Assembly: GCA_013166775.1 (NCBI GenBank)
Contig: JABLTJ010000006.1
Location: 59,983-123,982 of the forward strand
Direction: 5' to 3'
DNA: 64,000 bases
Source of the DNA: Promethearchaeati archaeon
GTDB lineage: Archaea > Asgardarchaeota > Heimdallarchaeia > Heimdallarchaeales > Heimdallarchaeaceae
This document shows, in pieces, positions 57,149 through 64,000 of this stretch (position 1 is its first letter; the number at the start of each line of letters is the position of its first letter). The notes below the pieces were generated by a model that was given only the letters and a program-made list of their open reading frames with translations, was not told the DNA's origin and searched no databases. A program made the translations under genes and the position numbers.

Positions 57149-60100
57149 CTATTCTAATTTCTCTAAGATTTCCTTAGCTACAGCTATTAAAGAATTGCTT
57201 CTTTCTAGTTCGGATTTTAGAACATTATTCAATTCATAATCTTCAGTAGATACAGAAGAATATTTCTGTAGATTTAACTTCAGAATATGCAAATCCTTTA
57301 TGTTTCTTCGGAGTTCTCTATTCAGATTCTTACGTCTCTTTGGATTCATGGAAGGTTCGAATCCATTATCAGCATATACACTCACTATCTGATTTAATCT
57401 AAATCTGAATTTTCTTAATTCACGCTTTGCTGTGAATAGAAATTCTAAGAAATTGGAGAAACCAATTCTTTCTGCTTCAGCAATTGAAGTTATTTTTTCA
57501 AAGCCCGCAATTTGAGCAGAAATCCAATCTTCAAATGAGATGAAACCGCCAAATATTGCTGAAATGAATTGTTCTTTTGTTGAGAATCCCAATTGAACTG
57601 CATAATAATAAATTGACCCATATTCAAACCCTAATCCTTCTGCTGTTCTCAACTCTCTATATGATTTGAATCCTTTCTTTCTTGCTAAAATTAGGTTTTC
57701 AATCTTCCTTCTTAAGTGTGGATATGAGAACTTAACAGCGATGACTAATGCTCCCCAGAATGGAATCAAATACGCTCCAAATAGAACTAACCAGTTATCC
57801 CAAGAAAAGGGATTGTTATTACGATAATATTCCTGTAGATTTGTTAAGTTATCATTATCTGGATCTTCCAAAGAATCTTTGAAAAGAGGATCCAAACCGT
57901 TTTTTATTTCCCATCCATCAGGAATAAGATCCTCGTCTGAATCTCTATTGTAAGGGAGTGTATTATATAAATAAACCTCATCTCTATCCGATATATCATC
58001 GTCATCCGTATCAGAGTCCCAAGGGTTTGTTCTATAAAAATACTCGTAGAGATTAATCAGATAATCATTATCAGGATCCAGAGATCTATCATCACCTACA
58101 GGATTTAGATTAAATTTTACTTCCCATCCATCAGGCATACTATCTCCATCAGAATCAAATAATCGAGGATTGCTACCTATTCGATATTCCTCATAATTTG
58201 AAAGTTCATCATGGTCATAATCTCTATTTCCATCATCAAGAAGAGGATTTAGCTGATTTCTTACTTCCCATCCATCTGGCATATGGTCATAATCTGTGTC
58301 TTCTAAACGAGGATTTGTTAATCTATTATATTCTTCTAAATTGATCAGATCATCGAAATCTGGATCTTCTAATGCATTGCTGAAAAGAGCATTAATCTTA
58401 TTTTCAATCTCCCACCCATCAGGCATCAAATCTGAATCAGTATCATTATTCAGAGGATTAGTATTGTGCATGAACAATTCATACCAATCTGATAAATTAT
58501 CACCATCTGTATCTCTTTTCAGAGGATTCGTTCCATAAATATACTCCTGATAATTGGATAAATCATCATGGTCATTATCTTGTGAACTGTCATCTAAAAG
58601 AAGATTAAGATGATAGAATATTTCCCAACTATCTGGTAATCCATCTAAGTCGCTATCATTGCTATTCGGATATGAGCCTAAAATGAATTCTTCATAGTTA
58701 GTTATCCCATCACCATCAAAATCCTCAAAACTGTCATTCACTAGTGGATCAAGACTATGAAGAATTTCCCATCGATCGGGTAGCAAATCTGAGTCAGTAT
58801 CGCTACTCCTAGGATTAGTGAAATAAATTAGCACTTCTTCATAATCAGATAAAGAGTCAAAATCTGTATCATAAGTAATAGGGTCACAATTGTATACAAA
58901 AATCTCATCATAATCAGATAAATGATCATTATCTGTGTCATTATTGAAAGGATTCGTAAAATGAACAAATTCTTCTAAATTCATCAATCCATCATTATCC
59001 ATATCAATGTAAGAATCGTTGCTCAGAGGATTAAGTCCATAAATTACTTCCCATCCATCTGGCATTTGATCATCATCTGAATCAGAATCATCTGGATAGG
59101 TTGACAATGCATATTCAAACAAATTGTATATTCCATCATTGTCAGGATCATCCATTGAATCATCAACAAGTGGATTTAGGTTATTACTTACTTCCCAATA
59201 ATCATCCATTCCGTCGTTTTCTGTATCTTCATTGTTTGGTAAAGTGTTGTATAAGAGTACCTCTTCCCAATCGCTTAACAAATCATCATCAGTATCGTTT
59301 TTCCATGGATTAGAATTATAATTCAGAATCTCTTCTCCATCCAGCAAAAAATCTGAATCTGAGTCATTATTCGAAACATCTGTACTACAAAGATAAATTT
59401 CCCACCCATCAGGAAGAATGTCTAAATCAGAATCAGTTTGCAGATAGCTGCAATTGAAGAAGGATTCTGTTACATCATCTAAATAATCTCCATCAGAGTC
59501 AATACATCTAGTTTTTGTCAGACCACCATTATAGCAAAAAATACTTTGTTTACCAGATTCTGAGACTCCATCCATTCCAATAGAATACATAATATCATTT
59601 TCACAAATATAAATTAATTCAGTACAGTTATCTTGATCGATATCAGCTATGACTGGAGCTGTTCTAATTATTGATGGGAATGAGTATGTTGTACTAATTG
59701 AACCTTGATGGTCAATCAAATATATCTGATTACGAGTAGTAGTGACGATGATTTCAAGAATATTATTACCATCTAGATCTACCAAAGAGGGTCCAACCAA
59801 GAGAGAATCATCTAGATTTATTTCCCATTCTAAACTTCCATTATTATTGAAACAATAAACTAATCCAGAATCTGAACAAAGGAAAATGTCTAGATGATTA
59901 TCGTTATCATAATCACCAATAGATGGATTCTGATAGTTTCCATATTCTAGAGAAAACGACCATATTGTACTCCCTTCAGAATCCAAACAAAGAATCTCAG
60001 TTTGTAAAGTAATTATGATTTCATTGGTAGTCTGATTTCCATCAAAGTCACCCACTCCTAAACCTTTGGTCAAATAATTATCTAGATTACTGATCCACTT

Positions 60101-60799
60101 TTCATTGCCAAATCTATCTAAACAAATCATAAACTGTCCATGTCCAGTTATAATCTCTAGTTCTCCATCTCCATCTAAATCCGCTATACATCCTTCATGA
60201 GTCTTTCCAATTTTATCATTATCATAATGCCACAATAGATTACCTTCTTTATCGAGACAATAAACGCCATACCATTCAGTAAATGAAACGATTTCAAAGA
60301 AACCATCTTGGTTAATATCAGCAATACAAGGGGATTGGAAGATATGATCATGAGTGGTTGTTTCATACCTCCATTTCTCAATGCCTAGGCTATCCTGGCA
60401 AATTATTCCCCCTTGTATCCCGCTCAGGATTTCAGGTGAACCATCTTTATCAATATCTACAACACAACTAGGAGATTTTGCTGATAATGCCAGGTAATTA
60501 TTGTACCATTGCAAATTCCCTGTATGAGAAAAGCAATAATCTCCAGTCACAATTTCTAAAAATCCATCTTTATCCAAATCAGCTAAACAAGGAACTGTTG
60601 TTCCCCACATAACATCAAAGCTGTCTTTAATGTAGAAATTAACCTGATCTAAACTTTGAGGAGTGATTGAAAAAGTTTCTCTTGATAATCTATAGTTTTT
60701 TTGAAAATTCAACTGTACAGTTGGTAAAAATAAAGAAATACAAATTGATACTATTATTACAATACCTAATCCATACAATTTTCTTTTCATTTTAGCCAC
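57149..60799 (-). CDS. Membrane protein: FG-GAP/PQQ-like propeller + DxDxDG repeats + TM + cytoplasmic GF-repeat/coiled-coil tail
   Basis: N-terminal TM/signal, PCIADIxxDGxxEI blades, about 25 D-x-D-x-D-x-[ML]-P-D-x-W-E/NP repeats, TM near aa 1000-1025. Start is GTG 60799 or ATG 60790. Confidence 0.85.
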   Translation of the reverse strand: MAKMKRKLYGLGIVIIVSICISLFLPTVQLNFQKNYRLSRETFSITPQSLDQVNFYIKDSFDVMWGTTVPCLADLDKDGFLEIVTGDYCFSHTGNLQWYNNYLALSAKSPSCVVDIDKDGSPEILSGIQGGIICQDSLGIEKWRYETTTHDHIFQSPCIADINQDGFFEIVSFTEWYGVYCLDKEGNLLWHYDNDKIGKTHEGCIADLDGDGELEIITGHGQFMICLDRFGNEKWISNLDNYLTKGLGVGDFDGNQTTNEIIITLQTEILCLDSEGSTIWSFSLEYGNYQNPSIGDYDNDNHLDIFLCSDSGLVYCFNNNGSLEWEINLDDSLLVGPSLVDLDGNNILEIIVTTTRNQIYLIDHQGSISTTYSFPSIIRTAPVIADIDQDNCTELIYICENDIMYSIGMDGVSESGKQSIFCYNGGLTKTRCIDSDGDYLDDVTESFFNCSYLQTDSDLDILPDGWEIYLCSTDVSNNDSDSDFLLDGEEILNYNSNPWKNDTDDDLLSDWEEVLLYNTLPNNEDTENDGMDDYWEVSNNLNPLVDDSMDDPDNDGIYNLFEYALSTYPDDSDSDDDQMPDGWEVIYGLNPLSNDSYIDMDNDGLMNLEEFVHFTNPFNNDTDNDHLSDYDEIFVYNCDPITYDTDFDSLSDYEEVLIYFTNPRSSDTDSDLLPDRWEILHSLDPLVNDSFEDFDGDGITNYEEFILGSYPNSNDSDLDGLPDSWEIFYHLNLLLDDSSQDNDHDDLSNYQEYIYGTNPLKRDTDGDNLSDWYELFMHNTNPLNNDTDSDLMPDGWEIENKINALFSNALEDPDFDDLINLEEYNRLTNPRLEDTDYDHMPDGWEVRNQLNPLLDDGNRDYDHDELSNYEEYRIGSNPRLFDSDGDSMPDGWEVKFNLNPVGDDRSLDPDNDYLINLYEYFYRTNPWDSDTDDDDISDRDEVYLYNTLPYNRDSDEDLIPDGWEIKNGLDPLFKDSLEDPDNDNLTNLQEYYRNNNPFSWDNWLVLFGAYLIPFWGALVIAVKFSYPHLRRKIENLILARKKGFKSYRELRTAEGLGFEYGSIYYYAVQLGFSTKEQFISAIFGGFISFEDWISAQIAGFEKITSIAEAERIGFSNFLEFLFTAKRELRKFRFRLNQIVSVYADNGFEPSMNPKRRKNLNRELRRNIKDLHILKLNLQKYSSVSTEDYELNNVLKSELERSNSLIAVAKEILEKLE

Positions 60800-60995
60800 A
60801 CCCTTGAAGGAAATAGGCTAAAACGCTAGACCACCAAACTCACACATACTTTCCAAGATGTGTCCGCGAAGTGATGAAACGGTTTCTTTCTCTTCTTCTA
60901 ATGATATGCATAAACACTTATAATAGTTAGGGAAAACCACCTTCTCCTCCACTCTTATCATGAAAGTCACTGTATCAAAGAAGTTCTGTAATTAC

Positions 60996-62291
60996 TTAAT
61001 GAATAAGTAGTATTTTTTCATTTGGAGGATAAAGCCATTCAACTCCCATCTCAGTCACTATTGCATCATCCTCTATATTGAAACGAACTTTTCTTCCACC
61101 CCATTCTGGATTGGGAGTGTAAGCTATGAATTCAAAAGCGAATAGATTGTTGGGTTTGATGATTAAGTGAGCTCTATCAGGACGGAAACCTGCAATAGAT
61201 GGACCAACTGCTACTTCGCTATTTCCTGTATTTCCTACACAATGACAATCAACTGTGATTTCAGTTTTTCCAGGAAATTCTTGATTCTCATTGGGTTCTA
61301 AACTTGGTCCTCCTCCTAACATTGGATCAAGAGTAAGATGAATGTACTCAAAACCTACTTCATCCAAGGCTCTTCCTACTTTATTAAGTGTATAACCTGC
61401 TGTTTGGCCCACCTTAATGTTTGTTTTGATTACTTCTCGAGCTCTTAGAGCTTGATCCCAGGCATACTGAATCCCTTCAGGAACTGAAGATTCTCCTTCC
61501 TTTAATACATAAGCTACTCTTTTGAAATCAGTCCCAAAATTCATATGATCTATTCCATAGTCATATTGCATAAGATCACCTCGTTGGATTATATATTCAA
61601 CTGGTCTGTAATCTTCTCTACGTGATTTCTCAGAATTTATTATCATAGGTGTAGCCATATGAAAAGTGGATCTCATTCCTTGTTCTAAGAGTTGATCCTC
61701 CATCCACCAACCAACATCTTCCAGAGTTGTGATTCCTGGAGTTATTACTTCATTTGATAAAGCTCTTTCCAGTAACTGTCTAGTTACTTCGCATAATTCA
61801 GAATAAACTTCAATCTCTAAAGGTAATCTTCTAGTTCTAAAATCTGTAATTACATTTTCAGCTGAAACGATTCTTTCAGTATATCTCTCACCAAGTTCTT
61901 TTGTAAGCTTATTGTAACTAGAGTATGAAATACCATCAGCAACAGCAATCCAATCAGACATGTTGACAGCTATCCGTTGTGGATTACGTTCAATAACAAA
62001 TTTAGCTAGTTCATCTTCTGAGCCGAATATATCATACACCCCTAGCTGTTCATAGTCTTCAGTAAACCACCCAAGAACAGCTCTTTCGATTCGATCCTCA
62101 CCTCGGTCAGTAAAGATAAAATAACCAAAGTCTCCTCCCAAATCAATATTAAGTGGATCAGGATTTCCTTCTCTTATTACATGAATCCACATATCAATGT
62201 TGTTCTCTCTCATAGCTAAAGGTAAAATAGTATCAAACTTCTCTTTACGAATCTGATTAAGTGTCTCCCATTGCTTACGAGCTTTACTCAT
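60996..62291 (-). CDS. M24 family metallopeptidase (Xaa-Pro aminopeptidase-like)
   Basis: GDLMQYDYG, TDFKR, HCVG, FEF and IEDD metal ligands. Confidence 0.85.
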   Translation of the reverse strand: MSKARKQWETLNQIRKEKFDTILPLAMRENNIDMWIHVIREGNPDPLNIDLGGDFGYFIFTDRGEDRIERAVLGWFTEDYEQLGVYDIFGSEDELAKFVIERNPQRIAVNMSDWIAVADGISYSSYNKLTKELGERYTERIVSAENVITDFRTRRLPLEIEVYSELCEVTRQLLERALSNEVITPGITTLEDVGWWMEDQLLEQGMRSTFHMATPMIINSEKSRREDYRPVEYIIQRGDLMQYDYGIDHMNFGTDFKRVAYVLKEGESSVPEGIQYAWDQALRAREVIKTNIKVGQTAGYTLNKVGRALDEVGFEYIHLTLDPMLGGGPSLEPNENQEFPGKTEITVDCHCVGNTGNSEVAVGPSIAGFRPDRAHLIIKPNNLFAFEFIAYTPNPEWGGRKVRFNIEDDAIVTEMGVEWLYPPNEKILLIH

Positions 62292-62344
62292 AAAATTACA
62301 TCCATTTAGATAAATTCTGAAAGATTATTTAATATGTTCTGTTT

Positions 62345-63556
62345 TTAGAAATAGATTACTGTATTATTTTCAACAATAAATGTCCCTAAATCGGAATAAT
62401 CGCTGAATAATTCTACATCTTCAGCTATTTCGAAGATATTTCCAATAACCTCACCTTGAGAGCTACCGATAAAAGAAATGCAACTTCTAATTGTTTTGTA
62501 GAAATTACAATCCATGATATAGATAGAGTAACAATTCACATATTTCACACTATTCTGATATCCTTCAATAAAAGTTACATTATAAAATGAGATATTACTG
62601 GATTGGTAGAAATATATCCCAGATCTCCAAAAAGTATAATATTGAAGACTATAATCAAAAAAAGTGTCTATGGTTGAGATATTATTACATTTTCCAGCAA
62701 ATATCCCTCTCTCTACATTCCGTAAATCTTGATCTAATATCGTTATATTTGAACAATCAAAGAAGAAGAGCTGTCCAAATTTCTCTACAAAATCAAAATT
62801 ATTCAAATCGAAGAAGAAACCAAGAGGTTTATCATTCACATAATTATTTTCTACTTTGAAAGTTTCAATTACATCTTTCTCTGAAAATACGTCATCAGAA
62901 AACCAATTGTAGCTATCGTCTAAATTGAGACTACTATTAAGGAAGTAATTATTACGGATAGTCACATTAACTGTGTCTCTTAGAAAAAAACCGTTTATTG
63001 GTGAGTTTCTTATTGTGTTATTTTCTATGCAGAAATTATACATTTCTTGCCCATCAAAAGACAATATCTTAAGTCCTACAAAATTATCTTGGAAGTTGTT
63101 TTGCGAAATTACTGTGTTTTGTGTATCTAATATAATTCCACTCCAATCATTTGAAATTACTTCATTTCCTTCAATTTTTACGCCTTCTAGTACCCAGTCA
63201 ATTGAAAATGCTCTACCACAGTTCATAATAGTACAATTTATAATGTGAATTCTTCCCGATACGAGATAATTTAATCGTATACCAATGCCTGCTCCTTGAA
63301 TTATACAATTCTGGATAATCACATGTTTTGTTGTGTGATAGATTCGAATTCCTTTTCTACCTTTAGAAATTTTTTTATTTTCTATTCTGTAGGGATCATC
63401 TTCTTTTCCATTTCCTGGAAAATTATATCTTTTAAAATCACCATCTCTTCCGATCTCAATTCCAGATATCGGGAATTTATAATAAGAAAAGAAGGGGATA
63501 AATACCACTATACAGATGAAAACGGAAGTAACTATCCAGATTCGAATGTTTTTCAT
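62345..63556 (-). CDS. Membrane-anchored right-handed parallel beta-helix (NosD-like) protein
   Basis: N-terminal TM, FPGNGKEDDPYRIEN, and repeated I-x-N-C/N-x-I strands. Confidence 0.8.
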   Translation of the reverse strand: MKNIRIWIVTSVFICIVVFIPFFSYYKFPISGIEIGRDGDFKRYNFPGNGKEDDPYRIENKKISKGRKGIRIYHTTKHVIIQNCIIQGAGIGIRLNYLVSGRIHIINCTIMNCGRAFSIDWVLEGVKIEGNEVISNDWSGIILDTQNTVISQNNFQDNFVGLKILSFDGQEMYNFCIENNTIRNSPINGFFLRDTVNVTIRNNYFLNSSLNLDDSYNWFSDDVFSEKDVIETFKVENNYVNDKPLGFFFDLNNFDFVEKFGQLFFFDCSNITILDQDLRNVERGIFAGKCNNISTIDTFFDYSLQYYTFWRSGIYFYQSSNISFYNVTFIEGYQNSVKYVNCYSIYIMDCNFYKTIRSCISFIGSSQGEVIGNIFEIAEDVELFSDYSDLGTFIVENNTVIYF

Positions 63557-63735
63557 ATATCCAGCCTAACAAATCTAATAATAGACTTTGAGATATTAAG
63601 TTTTTCCCAGATTATGTCAAATTTCTATTTCTATACAATAGGATTAGAAAGTGGAAATAAGTCTACTGAACTGCTGAACCATCGATCTCATATGTACTGT
63701 TCAAGCCTAAGTTTGACCAGTAATTTAAATTGAAA

Positions 63736-64000
63736 CTATATATTAAATGTGTTTTTTATCCAATTAAACAATGGATCAAAGCTGTTCTCTTCGAAATGAG
63801 CATGCTTTGCACCAGGAAGTATCGCAAATTCCTTGGTTTCACTAGGAATTTCTTCAAAAAATGCTTTTGTGGATTCAATTGAGAATAATTCATCACTCTC
63901 CCCCACACCAACAAAAATTGGATATGTCATCTTTTCCGGTAGAACAAAATTATTTGGATTAATTGTTTTTAAGAATCTAAGTGTATAGTAAAAATTGAAT
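63736..64000 (-). CDS. Alpha/beta hydrolase, C-terminal part (5' end outside the window)
   Basis: Frame is open to the window edge. PIFVGVGESDELF (acid) and PGAKH (His). Confidence 0.75.
   Translation of the reverse strand, partial: FNFYYTLRFLKTINPNNFVLPEKMTYPIFVGVGESDELFSIESTKAFFEEIPSETKEFAILPGAKHAHFEENSFDPLFNWIKNTFNI

Noticed and set aside
60870-60930. C/D box sRNA (GTGATGA box C-like motif)
   Set aside because: No CTGA box D at a suitable distance.
1-64000. tRNA/rRNA genes
   Set aside because: No GC-rich structured segment or cloverleaf with T-loop/D-loop consensus was seen by eye. A covariance-model scan would be needed to exclude small RNAs.

Overview
AT-rich, gene-dense archaeal chromosome segment. 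It most likely comes from an Asgard archaeon of the Heimdallarchaeia type; this is inferred from archaemetzincin, TET/M42, an eIF2B-family protein, a Ras-like GTPase, TATA-like boxes, oligo-T terminators and many C-terminally anchored surface proteins. No rRNA, tRNA or CRISPR array was recognised. 1-13.6 kb is metabolic. It holds GT4, GH1, an iscS-iscU pair whose IscS lacks the PLP lysine, M42, and nadA-nadC divergent from an NAD-kinase/winged-HTH fusion. That fusion has a degenerate catalytic motif, and a perfect 19-bp palindrome lies in the shared intergenic region, making it a candidate NAD(P)-sensing regulator. 13.8-37.7 kb is a cell-surface island. It has a translationally coupled pair of giant anchored proteins (2044 aa with DxDxDG repeats and an unusual hydrophobic beta region; about 2639 aa with FG-GAP/Asp-box/PQQ-like propellers) and a doubly frameshifted small GTPase. 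It also has a serine recombinase with a patterned upstream site and two LVIVD/PEF-CTERM adhesin paralogues. Each paralogue is preceded by the recombinase 3' end, and one carries a freshly amplified, loop-diversified 7-blade propeller. 37.7-64 kb holds an eIF2B-family protein, hydrolases, MtaD, AmrS, a MacB-like ABC system and peptidases. It also encodes a single-chain FG-GAP+DxDxDG membrane protein that fuses the domain types of the giant pair. All family calls come from motif recognition by eye; no searches were run.
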